From: Alphaproteobacteria bacterium
GTDB taxonomy: Bacteria; Pseudomonadota; Alphaproteobacteria; SP197
DNA length: 64,000 nt
Direction: 5' to 3'
NCBI GenBank assembly: GCA_964291415.2
Contig: OZ219918.1
Location: 864,001 to 928,000, forward strand
Part shown: piece by piece, positions 20,207 to 29,638 of the stretch
Position numbering within the stretch: position 1 is the first letter of the stretch
Layout: the number at the start of each line of letters is the position of its first letter
Program-made: the position numbers and the translations under genes
The notes under the pieces: model-generated
The model's input: only the letters and a program-made list of their open reading frames with translations
Database searches by the model: none
What the model was told of the DNA's origin: nothing

Positions 20207-21696
20207 TCCTCGGCCATCTCGCAGACGATACCGACACATCGGCGCCATTCGGTCCACGCGCCTTCGCGCTCGTCGGCTCCCAGTGCCGGTTCGAACGTCG
20301 TTGCGCTCACCGGCATGGCGGCAACGTCCGCCGTGGTAAGCTGTTTCGCTCCGATGCCCGCGAGCAATGCTGCGCCGAGGGCCGTCATGTCGGGTTCGTC
20401 CGAGACCCTGATGGGAACTGCGAGCAGGTCGGCCTGGCGTTGCATCAAGTAGCGGTTCGCTGTCGGTCCGCCATCAGCCCGCACTTCGTCGAGGCCGCCG
20501 CCCAGGCGTTCATCAAGCGCCTGCACGATGCCTGCGCACTGGAACGCGATTCCATCGAGGAGGGCCCGGGCGAGGTGTCCGACACCGGTATCGAGGCCGA
20601 TGCCAAAGGTGCATGCGCGGGCGCTCGTTTTCCAGTACGGCGCGGACAGGCCCGCGAGACTGGGTACCATCACGACTCCGCCGCTGTTCGGGACGCTCTC
20701 GGCCAGGCTCGAGGAACCGGCTGCCGACGGGAGAAGGCCGACGTCCACAGCCCAGTCGATCGCCGAGCCGACGGAGAACACCCCGCCTTCGATCGTGTAG
20801 TCGACACCGGCGCCCAGGTCCCAGGCGATGAACACCGCCAGCCTGCCGTCTGGTGCGACTGGATCGCGACAGGTGTTGACTTCGATGAAGGCGCCGGTGC
20901 CATAGGTGGCCTTGACGACCGAGGAATCCCAGCACCCCTGCGCAAACAGCGCCGCATGGGCGTCGACGGCGTCGGCCGTGATTCGGACCGTTGGGGCGTC
21001 GATCTCCGGATGACTGATCACCCCGAAGTCGCCGACAGTTGGTCGGACCTCCGGAAGCAAGTCGATGTCGAGGCCGAACGCATCCAGCAGATCGGGGTCC
21101 CATTGTGCCTGGTACAGGTTGAGCAGCGCAGTGCGCGATCCGGTAGCCGCGTCCGTGGCGTGCACGGCGCCGCCGGTCAACCGCTCGATCACGTAGGAGT
21201 CGGTGCCGCCGAGTCTGAGCGAGCCGTCTGCCCGCGCGGTGGCTACGTCGTCGACGGATTCGATCAGCCATCGGAACTTCGAGGCGGAGAAGTAGGGGTC
21301 AAGAAGGATCCCGGTCCGGTCACGGACCAGATCTCCGACCCCGTCACGGGCGAGCGCATCGCACATGGCGGCCGTTCGTCGATCTTCCCATGAGATCGCG
21401 GGAGCGAGTCCGTTACTTCCTCCCGCCGACCACGCCATGCTGGTTTCGCCCTGATTGGCGATTCCGACTCCCGCAACGTCGCGCCACGTACGGCCCGCCG
21501 CCTCCAGCGCGGCCGCGGCTGCCCCGATGCTGGTCGCCAGGAAGTCTTCGGGGTCGTGTTCGACCCAACCGGGCCGGGGTGTGCGCTTCGGCATCGGAAC
21601 CGAATGGGTGGCGAGTTTTCCGACATGGGGATCGAAGACGAGGGCCGTGGTCGTCGAACCGCCGTGGTCGATTCCGACATAGAGTCCGCTTTCCAT
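20203..21696 (-). CDS. FGGY-family kinase, divergent glycerol-kinase paralogue
   Basis: PGWVEHDP, DPYFSASK, KATYGTGAF, GLSAPYW, DGG. Has NQGET and DAH where GlpK has NQRET and DQQ. Confidence 0.85.
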   Translation of the reverse strand: MESGLYVGIDHGGSTTTALVFDPHVGKLATHSVPMPKRTPRPGWVEHDPEDFLATSIGAAAAALEAAGRTWRDVAGVGIANQGETSMAWSAGGSNGLAPAISWEDRRTAAMCDALARDGVGDLVRDRTGILLDPYFSASKFRWLIESVDDVATARADGSLRLGGTDSYVIERLTGGAVHATDAATGSRTALLNLYQAQWDPDLLDAFGLDIDLLPEVRPTVGDFGVISHPEIDAPTVRITADAVDAHAALFAQGCWDSSVVKATYGTGAFIEVNTCRDPVAPDGRLAVFIAWDLGAGVDYTIEGGVFSVGSAIDWAVDVGLLPSAAGSSSLAESVPNSGGVVMVPSLAGLSAPYWKTSARACTFGIGLDTGVGHLARALLDGIAFQCAGIVQALDERLGGGLDEVRADGGPTANRYLMQRQADLLAVPIRVSDEPDMTALGAALLAGIGAKQLTTADVAAMPVSATTFEPALGADEREGAWTEWRRCVGIVCEMAEE

Positions 21697-21699
21697 CAC

Positions 21700-22941
21700 C
21701 TATCCCTCCAGGTACGCATGGGCCGACCGGGCGGCGAGCCAGCCGGTGACGATGGCGACGCCTTCCGCGGACGCTTCCAGTGCGGGATTCCAGTGGGCAA
21801 GCGTTTGGCCCGTGACGTAGACGTTCTCGAGCGATCGCGATTCGGAAGTCAGTGGCCGCAGCGCGTAGTCGGTTTCCACTCCGGTGCGATGCAGGGCGTC
21901 CAACGATGCGCCGGCGTTCGCGGCGTTCAGGGGCGCCGTCTGCCGGACCGGAAGATCGAAAACCGTTTCCCGAATTTCGCCGCGGGATTCCACGTTGAGT
22001 CCGCCCATGGCGACGCCTCCGGTGGCAACGATGAACGCTGACGCGGTGTGCACGCGCCCGGCGGTGTCAACGACATCGATAGGATGTCCGTCCTCCGCCT
22101 TCGTCCCGGTCACGCGGGTGCCGATGTGGATGGGGGTGCCTTGTCCTGCGATAGCGCGATCCATCGTCCGCTGCAGACGCATCCCGGGAACGCTCGGCGG
22201 CAGGGTCGGCACCTCAAGGCACGGCCTGCCGAGTGCCTGCTCGGCGGACCGCCTGACGCGGGCATGGTCGGAGATGCCCAACACGGCCGGGAACAGGATC
22301 AATTCCGCGGAATCCGGCATCCGGGACCCGAGGTCGCGGAAATAGCCGCAAAGATCGGGGTGACGATCGAAGCTGCGGGCGAGGTCGACCGACTCGGATC
22401 CGCCGCCGGGCGGAGGCGCCTCGATGACCACGACGTCCGATCCCAGGCGGCGCAGTCCATTTGCGGTCAGGTCGGCGGGAAAGTCGCGGTGGGAGCGAAA
22501 ACGCACGACGGCAGCCCTTCGGCCCTCAATCGCCGCCACGAGCGCCTGCGAAGGAGTCGGGCCGTACGTTGGAACGCCGAGGCCGGCGGGGGTGAGCGTC
22601 TGAACATTGCAGCCGTTTCGGTTGAATCCCGCGCCGATTCCGTCGGTGGCGGAGAAGAACCACTCCAGGGCATCCTGAATCACCGATTCACCGACAATGC
22701 GGTATGGATGCCGTGCGTGGAGGTCCGGCATGCCTTGGCCGGGCGACGAGAGAATCCCGCCATTGGCGTCGAACCCGCCGGCACAGCATGCGTACCCGAG
22801 TACGCGGATGCCGCCTGGCGCATAGTGCAGCGAGCCCCGCCCCGCGGAGAGAATTCGCACCGAACGACCGAGTTCCAGCAACCGCAACGCGGCGACGAGT
22901 GCGTCGAGCTCGTTGCCGACGATGACGACATCGGACTTCAT
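21700..22941 (-). CDS. glpB: GlpB-like flavin subunit
   Basis: HPY, FPAVLG, EVPTLPPSVPGMRL, GVETD...LRP, EGVA. Confidence 0.8.
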   Translation of the reverse strand: MKSDVVIVGNELDALVAALRLLELGRSVRILSAGRGSLHYAPGGIRVLGYACCAGGFDANGGILSSPGQGMPDLHARHPYRIVGESVIQDALEWFFSATDGIGAGFNRNGCNVQTLTPAGLGVPTYGPTPSQALVAAIEGRRAAVVRFRSHRDFPADLTANGLRRLGSDVVVIEAPPPGGGSESVDLARSFDRHPDLCGYFRDLGSRMPDSAELILFPAVLGISDHARVRRSAEQALGRPCLEVPTLPPSVPGMRLQRTMDRAIAGQGTPIHIGTRVTGTKAEDGHPIDVVDTAGRVHTASAFIVATGGVAMGGLNVESRGEIRETVFDLPVRQTAPLNAANAGASLDALHRTGVETDYALRPLTSESRSLENVYVTGQTLAHWNPALEASAEGVAIVTGWLAARSAHAYLEG

Positions 22942-24506
22942 CGGTAGTCGTCCGTCGGCAGGAGATCGTCGGTCAGGCGGATTCCGAGGATGTCGCGGTG
23001 CACGGTGTCGCTCAGCAGCGCCTGCCGTGCCTGATCACCCCACGCGGTCTTGCAGACTCCCTTGAGACGTTCCGTCCAGAATCGACCAATTGACTCTTCG
23101 GCGGAGAAGTCCGTGTCGGCATTCGCAAGAAGGTCGGCGGCGCGCACGGCACAGAAGGTGCCTTGACAGGGTCCGAACCCGATACGCAGGCGCCGACGCA
23201 GGTCATGCAGTCGGGAGATGCTCGCGTCCCCGATCGCTTCGGTGACGGTCGACCGATCGACCGCTTCGCACTCGCAGAGTGTCCTCGCCTGGGTCTGCGT
23301 CGCCTCGGCGGTCATGTGACCGGCGACGGGACGCCAGGCGGCTTCACGGCGCTTCGGGGCGACCGGGGACGTTGCGGTCAGGCAGGTTGTAGTGATGCCG
23401 AAGTGCCGGCAGACAAGGTCGGCCACGTCTTCGGCCATGGACCGGTGCGTGGTCAGCGAACCGCCACACACGGTGAAGAACCCACGGGCACCGCCATTCG
23501 CGTGGTCGATGACCATGTGCCGCCGCGGCAGGGGTTTCCCGGGAGGCCAGTCCGGCAGTTTCACGAGCGGCCTCACGCCGGCCCAGGCGCGAAACGCGCG
23601 GCGATCCCGAATCCCCGGCAAGAGCGGCTCGGCGCCGTCCAGGAGTTCCTGAACTTCTGTCGGCTTGACCAGGGTCGTGTCCGGACTGTCAACCACCTCC
23701 GATGTCGTGCCGAACAGCGATACGGTTCCGGTCGGCACGATGATGTCGTGACTGCCTGCGGGGCGGCAGCGGTTGATGACCTGTCCGACAAATCGGTGGG
23801 AGAGGACGATGATGGCGCCCTTGGTCATTTCCAGCTCGACGCACTGGCCCGCTAGGGCTGCGACCCGGCCCGACCAGGCGCCGGCGGCGCTGATGACAGC
23901 GTCGGTCTCGATTCGTGTTTCGCCACCGGCGCCGGCGATTCGCACTGCGCGGACAACGCCACCAAAGACGTCGATTCCGGTGACCTGATGCCGGGTCAGC
24001 ACCTTCCCGCCGCGCCGGGTCACGTCTTCAGAGAGGCGGTTCACGAGTCGCCATGGATCGATGGTCGCGTCGGGAACCGAGAAGGCGCGGCGGATGCTGC
24101 GACTGATGCAGGGTTCTTCTGCCATGACACGGTCGGGATCGAGCTCTTCGCAGGGAATGGCCGCCTGCCTGCATCCCTCGATAAAGCGTTCCGGAAACTC
24201 GGGAGGATCTTCGTCGAGGGACACGAACAGGCCTCCCGTGCTCTCGACCGCGTCGGGGACGACTTCGGCCACAGTCCGACGCTCGCGCATGCACTCCGCG
24301 GCATAACCCGAATCGGAAACCGCGTAGCGGGCGCCGCTCTGCAGCATGCCGTGGAATCGGCTGCTGGTGCCGGAGCCAAGGTCGCCGAACTCGACCAGGG
24401 TGACGTTGAGGCCCCGCATTACGAGGTCGCGGGCAACGGCACAACCCGTGGCACCCCCGCCGATAACGACGACCCGCAGGTGACGGTGTGGTGTGGAACT
24501 CGTCAT
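22938..24506 (-). CDS. glpA: GlpA-like FAD dehydrogenase with C-terminal BFD-like Cys motif
   Basis: IGGGATG, GTSSRFHGMLQSGARYAV, AGVRPL, CECE...GPCQGTFC. Confidence 0.82.
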   Translation of the reverse strand: MTSSTPHRHLRVVVIGGGATGCAVARDLVMRGLNVTLVEFGDLGSGTSSRFHGMLQSGARYAVSDSGYAAECMRERRTVAEVVPDAVESTGGLFVSLDEDPPEFPERFIEGCRQAAIPCEELDPDRVMAEEPCISRSIRRAFSVPDATIDPWRLVNRLSEDVTRRGGKVLTRHQVTGIDVFGGVVRAVRIAGAGGETRIETDAVISAAGAWSGRVAALAGQCVELEMTKGAIIVLSHRFVGQVINRCRPAGSHDIIVPTGTVSLFGTTSEVVDSPDTTLVKPTEVQELLDGAEPLLPGIRDRRAFRAWAGVRPLVKLPDWPPGKPLPRRHMVIDHANGGARGFFTVCGGSLTTHRSMAEDVADLVCRHFGITTTCLTATSPVAPKRREAAWRPVAGHMTAEATQTQARTLCECEAVDRSTVTEAIGDASISRLHDLRRRLRIGFGPCQGTFCAVRAADLLANADTDFSAEESIGRFWTERLKGVCKTAWGDQARQALLSDTVHRDILGIRLTDDLLPTDDYR

Positions 24507-24507
24507 G

Positions 24508-26523
24508 TCATGCCACGGCCGTTGAGCGGAGCCCAAGTTCGAGCTTGCGGCGCTCGGCCCAGGCGTTGATCAAGCGATCAGCGGCGATCGCGATGAATGC
24601 CACGCAGATACCCGCGGTGACGCCCCGTCCGGGATCGACCTTGGAGAGGGCGATCAACGTTTCCTGCCCCAGATCCCGCGTTCCGACAAGCGCCGTGATC
24701 ACCAGCATGCTGAGCCCCATCATCAGAGTCTGGTTCACTCCGAGCATGATGTCGGGCAATGCCAGCGGCAGCTGCACGCGCCGCAGTATCTGGCCGCGGG
24801 TGCAACCCATGGCCCGAGCCGCCTCGACGAGGTTCGAGGGCACCTGGCGAATGCCGCTGTCCGTGTAGCGAATTGCCGGCACGATCGCGTAGAGCACGAT
24901 GGCGATCATTGCGGAGAAGTCGCCGACACTGAACAGCATGATCACGGGAATCAGGTACACGAACGCTGGAAGCGTCTGCAGAGTATCGATGACGACCTGC
25001 ACGATCTGGTGAACTCTCTCGTTTCCGGCTGCCACGATGCCGATGGGAATGCCGATCAGACTGGCGAGGAACACGCAGACGCCGACGAGGTAGGCGGAAA
25101 TCATCGCCTTTTCCCACAGCCCCACGGCGGCGATGAAGGCGATCAGGGAAGTGCTCAGAATCGCCAGACGAACGCCGCCCAGGTGGAATCCGATGGCGCT
25201 CACCACCAACACGACGCTGAGCCAGGGCAGGGACAGCATGAAGCTCTTGAACGGCTTCAGGAGGTAGATGAAGAATGCGTCCCGGACGGCGCCGATGTAC
25301 ACGTAGAGATTGATGTTGATCCAGTCGATGATGGTGTCCCAGAACCGGCCGGTGGTGACCGTCCAGTTCTCCGGAATCTGGGCGAATGCGGGAATCCAAA
25401 TTCCGGCGACCGTGACGGCGATGCCGAAAAACACGGCTCCCGCGAGCAGATGGGATCCGGCGATGCGTCCGTGCCCCCGTGTGCTGTGGGCGGGACGGCG
25501 GGCGGCGAGACGCTGACTCATGCGGTCCAACACGATGGCGACCAGAGTGATGGAGATTCCCGCTTCGGCACCCTGCCCGATTCGGAGCGCCTTCAGGGAC
25601 TGCCAGACATCGAACCCGAGGCCTCCGGCCCCGATCATCGATGCGATGATCACCATGTTCAGCGTCAGCATGATCACCTGGTTGACGCCAACCATGACGC
25701 GCGGCCGAACTGACGGCAACATCACCTTCCACATCATTTGCCGGCGCGAGCAACCGGCCATGCGGCCGAATTCCATGACCTCGCTGCTCACCTGGGACAG
25801 CGCGACCCTGGTCACCCGCGCCATGGGAGGCAGGGCATAGATCAGCGTAACCACCATGGCGGCGGCGGGTCCGTAACCGAACAGCATCAGCGCGGGCACG
25901 AGGTAGGCGAACACCGGCATCGTCTGCATGAAGTCGAACACCGGTGTCAGTATCCGCTCGACTGCCCGCCACCGATGTGCCGCGATACCGAGTGCGACAC
26001 CCGTTGCGATTCCGATCATCACGGCGACGATGATGGATGCGAATGTCAGCATGGTGCTGTGCCACAGCCCGATGAACGCGACGTAGAGAAAGGACAGCGT
26101 GATGAACGCGGTCAAACGCCCGCTGCCCAGGGACGCTCCCAGCGCGGCGAACACCGCAATCAGGCCCAGCCACGAAAGGGGCGGAACGTGGATGGCCGAC
26201 CCGTCGCCGCCGTCGAACGTGAATCCGGTGGCGAGCAGTCCCTTGAGGAACAGCATCGGAGCCTCGAGCACGGTCCCGAACCCGCGGGTCAACTCCTTGA
26301 ACGTGAACAGACCGAAATCAGCTTCGTTTACCAGCCAGTTGATTGATCGGGTCAACCCGTCAGCGACAGGCACGACCCAGCCGCCGGGATACACGTCGAT
26401 CCAGGGAAGCACAGGAGCGAGGAGTGCGATCAGGGTGGTCGCGACGGCCGCAAGGGCAATCAGCAGCGCGCCTCGGCCGGGCCGAAAGGGAAATGATGGG
26501 CGATGTGCGCCAACGGCCGTCAT
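24508..26523 (-). CDS. Betaine/proline-type ABC permease with two fused ProW-like domains
   Basis: MQTMPVFAYLVP...GVNQ and LQTLPAFVYLIP...EAARAMG...GVNQ. Confidence 0.9.
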   Translation of the reverse strand: MTAVGAHRPSFPFRPGRGALLIALAAVATTLIALLAPVLPWIDVYPGGWVVPVADGLTRSINWLVNEADFGLFTFKELTRGFGTVLEAPMLFLKGLLATGFTFDGGDGSAIHVPPLSWLGLIAVFAALGASLGSGRLTAFITLSFLYVAFIGLWHSTMLTFASIIVAVMIGIATGVALGIAAHRWRAVERILTPVFDFMQTMPVFAYLVPALMLFGYGPAAAMVVTLIYALPPMARVTRVALSQVSSEVMEFGRMAGCSRRQMMWKVMLPSVRPRVMVGVNQVIMLTLNMVIIASMIGAGGLGFDVWQSLKALRIGQGAEAGISITLVAIVLDRMSQRLAARRPAHSTRGHGRIAGSHLLAGAVFFGIAVTVAGIWIPAFAQIPENWTVTTGRFWDTIIDWININLYVYIGAVRDAFFIYLLKPFKSFMLSLPWLSVVLVVSAIGFHLGGVRLAILSTSLIAFIAAVGLWEKAMISAYLVGVCVFLASLIGIPIGIVAAGNERVHQIVQVVIDTLQTLPAFVYLIPVIMLFSVGDFSAMIAIVLYAIVPAIRYTDSGIRQVPSNLVEAARAMGCTRGQILRRVQLPLALPDIMLGVNQTLMMGLSMLVITALVGTRDLGQETLIALSKVDPGRGVTAGICVAFIAIAADRLINAWAERRKLELGLRSTAVA

Positions 26524-26742
26524 CGGCCGCGATCGATGTCCGACGGTCCGTCGCGTTGAACAACGCTCATGATCTTCTACCCGGCTACCCGGTACGCTGG
26601 AATGCAGGGTACTCCGGCAAGCGGCGCGGAAACCATGTTTCGGCCGGCAGTCGCAAGAGTCCGGACGGGAAGGCAGTGAGCCCGAGAGACGTCATGGCGT
26701 CCGGGATGGCCGGCTGGTTCAGGGCGCATCGCAGGCTCCTGC

Positions 26743-26786
26743 TCGGGAGGCCGGCGCCGGACCTTCGTCCGGCGCCGGCCTCCCGA
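26743..26786. terminator. Strong hairpin after the SBP gene (mRNA stabiliser or terminator)
   Basis: 20-bp perfect arms TCGGGAGGCCGGCGCCGGAC / GTCCGGCGCCGGCCTCCCGA with a 4-nt loop. Confidence 0.7.
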
Positions 26787-26819
26787 ACCGAACCGCCCTG
26801 TCGTGCTCTGAGAACGGAC

Positions 26820-27791
26820 CTATTCGAGCCAGGATTTCCAGGTTTCCTCGTTGGCTTCGATCCACTGCTCGGCAACTGTCCGGGTCGGCACGCCATCCAC
26901 GTCGCTCATGTAGACCATTTCACCCATGGTCTTGCCGTCGAGCTGGAACTTGCGCCAGACGTCATAGGCCTTCGGCCAGATGGATTCGCCACCCTTCCAG
27001 GCGGATTTCCACATGTGGCCACGTGGACGTCCGCAGTCGTACGCCATCGTCGAATTGGGTCCCCAGGACGGGTCGTCGTAGCAGGCGTCCTCGTACTCCG
27101 GCCACTCGACGAACTCGCCTTCGTAGAGCGCAGGCAACCAGAACGGTTCCCATGTCCAGCCGACGATCGGCTGCTTGCGTTTGATGGCCGCGGTGAACTC
27201 GGCGGTCAGGGCGCCGTCGCTCCCTGCGTGAATCACCTCGAAGGGCATGTCCAGCGCGGCGACGCGCTCCGCATCGTGACCACCCCACTCGATGGGACCG
27301 CTCAAGAACCGCGCCTTGGGCGCTGTCTCGGCGACCGACAGGGCCTCCACGCAATCCGGTTCAAGCAATGCCTTCCAGTCGGGGAGTCCCGGACACACGT
27401 CCTTGACGTACATCGGGTACCACCAGTCCTCGTTCACGGCGATTCCCATGTTGCCCATGTTGAGGACCTCACCGCTTCCCCAGGCGTCGGCCATCGCCGC
27501 CTTGGCTGTCGTATCCCATCCGGGGGATCCGATGTGCAGATCACCGGCTTTCAGGCCTGCGAACTGACCGAGGTAGTCTGCCGGAGTGTACTCTACGTTG
27601 TAGCCGAGCTTTTCGATCAGCGTCCCGTAGATGTACATAATGATGTTGTCGCCGGAGTAACCCATGATGACGAGCTTGATCGGATCCTTGGATTCCGGGG
27701 TTTCGGCACTCGCAGGCGTCATGAATCCGGACCCTGCCATGAGCCCTGCAATCACCGCTGCCGCCATGAATCGACGTGTTTTCTGCAACAT
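26820..27791 (-). CDS. Betaine/TMAO-type (OpuAC/TmoX-like) substrate-binding protein
   Basis: Signal peptide, ESKDPIKL, GYNVEY, WWYPMYVKDVCPGLPDWKAL; GAGGAGG RBS. Confidence 0.88.
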   Translation of the reverse strand: MLQKTRRFMAAAVIAGLMAGSGFMTPASAETPESKDPIKLVIMGYSGDNIIMYIYGTLIEKLGYNVEYTPADYLGQFAGLKAGDLHIGSPGWDTTAKAAMADAWGSGEVLNMGNMGIAVNEDWWYPMYVKDVCPGLPDWKALLEPDCVEALSVAETAPKARFLSGPIEWGGHDAERVAALDMPFEVIHAGSDGALTAEFTAAIKRKQPIVGWTWEPFWLPALYEGEFVEWPEYEDACYDDPSWGPNSTMAYDCGRPRGHMWKSAWKGGESIWPKAYDVWRKFQLDGKTMGEMVYMSDVDGVPTRTVAEQWIEANEETWKSWLE

Positions 27792-27954
27792 GGCCACCTC
27801 CTCGATGAACTCGTGCGTGCTTGTGCTCCCGATCGTTGGGATGCTGAATGCATGTCAATAGTATCCCGGTTTCGAAAAAGAACAAGCAATGAAATGCGTG
27901 TTATCGATTGTTTTGGAGTGACGAATGATCGACTCGGATGTACAGAACAGACAT

Positions 27955-28755
27955 ATGGGATCTGGAGTCAGGAACACCGCGGGCCGTCGCCTCGAGATTC
28001 AGAGACGACTGCTGGTTGAAGGGGCAGTCACCGTCGAGGCGCTGTCGCGTGATCTCGGCGTATCGGAGGCTACGGTCCGGCGCGACCTTACGATTCTCAG
28101 CGAAGAGGGATCGGTTCGCCGAACCCATGGAGGTGCGGTCATCGAGGCGCCGCGCGGTGCCGACCAGGCTTTCGCCCTGCGCGAGCAACTCGACTCGGAT
28201 GCCAAGAGGCTCATAGCCCGCTCCGCGCTGTCTCTGGTCGATCCCGATCAGACGCTGTTCATGAACGACGGTTCGACCGTCCTCGCGCTTGCGAGGGAAC
28301 TGGTCGCTGAGCGTGTCGCCTTGACCATCGTGACACCTGGCGTGAACATCGCGACGTACCTTTCGGAGAATCCCGCCGTCACGGCCTACCTCCTAGGCGG
28401 TCGGGTTCGGCACCGCACGCTCGGAACCTCGGGCGGCTTCGCCGAGGAGATGCTCGCTACGTTCAATGCCGACATCGCGTTCATCGCAGCCGAAGGGTTC
28501 TCGGTGCGCGACGGACTGTCGTTTTCATACGAGTCCGATGCCCGGATCGCCCGCCTGATGAGCCAGCGGGCGACGAGAACGATCGTTCTGGCGACGTCGC
28601 GGAAACTGGACCAGAGAGATCGAATTGTCGCCTTGCCTTCTGCGGCGGTCGACACTCTGATTACCGATTGTTCCGACCATGAGCGGCTGGCGAACTTCTC
28701 GAGTGCGGGTATCGATGTGGTTTCCTGTGCCGGAACAAGCGGAGCAACGCGCTGA
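27955..28755 (+). CDS. DeoR/GlpR-family transcriptional regulator
   Basis: VSEATVRRDL...RTHGGA, DGSTV, LLGG; divergent from the SBP gene. Confidence 0.92.
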   Translation: MGSGVRNTAGRRLEIQRRLLVEGAVTVEALSRDLGVSEATVRRDLTILSEEGSVRRTHGGAVIEAPRGADQAFALREQLDSDAKRLIARSALSLVDPDQTLFMNDGSTVLALARELVAERVALTIVTPGVNIATYLSENPAVTAYLLGGRVRHRTLGTSGGFAEEMLATFNADIAFIAAEGFSVRDGLSFSYESDARIARLMSQRATRTIVLATSRKLDQRDRIVALPSAAVDTLITDCSDHERLANFSSAGIDVVSCAGTSGATR

Positions 28756-28878
28756 GTTTCGGGTAGGCGCCTTCCGGTACCTGTTGTGTCCGGAGTTGGA
28801 CCTTCAAGATCCGAGTGGTGTTGACGTCGCGCGCATCAGGTCATGCGGAAGCACGGCGAGAGCTGCCAGGCCCTTCAC

Positions 28879-29037
28879 ATGGTCCGTATCCTGCCTGGCG
28901 GCCGCAATAGCCCACGCCTGCGGGTGTGTGCCGCCGAGCGCTATCGCCCGATGGAAGGCGAAATGCAGCAGAATCCCGAGCTGCCGGTCAGAGAACCGGC
29001 TGTCACGGTGGACCTTGGTGAAGCCTCTCATCGGTGA
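28879..29037 (+). pseudogene. Decayed second copy of a FitA-like antitoxin
   Basis: RLRVCAAERYRPMEGE...EPAVTVDLGEASHR* aligns with RLRVRAAAHHRSMEEE...KPAVPANLGEAIHR of 18078-18320; both share ACCTTGGTGAAGCC. Confidence 0.7.
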
Positions 29038-29104
29038 GTGAACGCCGACTATGGATTTGGGCGGCCCGCGAAGATGCGGAAGGTCGCCTTTCCGGGAAAA
29101 AGGG

Positions 29105-29393
29105 GGCAATTCCCATGAACTGGGCGAGTGCGCGGTTTACTGCGATCATGTCGGCATCGTCGAGATGTCCGAAAACCTGATCCACCATGACGTAGGATCG
29201 CACGCGCAGACCATTGCCTTCGGAGGGTGCAACCGGAACACGGGATCAGCCGAGTGTCCAGCGCCATCGAGTTCGGTAGCGCGACAGTGATCGAGGGTGT
29301 CAGATCGGCGAAATGGTGACTGAATCAGCAGGGGGGACGCGACCTACCGTGTTCACTCTGCAAGGCGATGCTGGCGAAGTCGTCGCCCCTCAC
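29105..29393 (-). pseudogene. Frameshifted PemK/MazF-family toxin
   Basis: Pieces in different frames: VRGDDFASIALQSEHGRSRP / HFADLTPSITV / PSEGNGLRVRSYVMVDQVFGHLDDADMIAVNRALAQFMGIA. GTG start overlaps the antitoxin stop. Confidence 0.75.
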
Positions 29394-29638
29394 TCGCGGT
29401 GTCCGGCTTTGAGGGCGTCGAGGTGCTCAGCGAGATCGGCTGCGGCGGCGTCCATGAACTGCAAGAGTTCCGGGTCGGCGCCGTTGGCTTCGTCGACGAT
29501 CGCTGCCTGGCGGCCGCACTCTTCGACGAAGTCGGGGGCCCGGGTGTCGGGAACCCGGATCTGGACCTTCAGGCCTTGGGCCCTGCGTGCGGCTCTGTGC
29601 TTGTCCGCGCATTGCGCGCCGGTGGATGCAGAGGACAT
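29390..29638 (-). CDS. MazE-like (DUF3018-type) antitoxin, possibly eroding
   Basis: KHRAARRAQGLKVQIRVPDTRAPDFVEECGRQA; GGAG RBS; directly upstream of the PemK remnant. Confidence 0.7.
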   Translation of the reverse strand: MSSASTGAQCADKHRAARRAQGLKVQIRVPDTRAPDFVEECGRQAAIVDEANGADPELLQFMDAAAADLAEHLDALKAGHRE

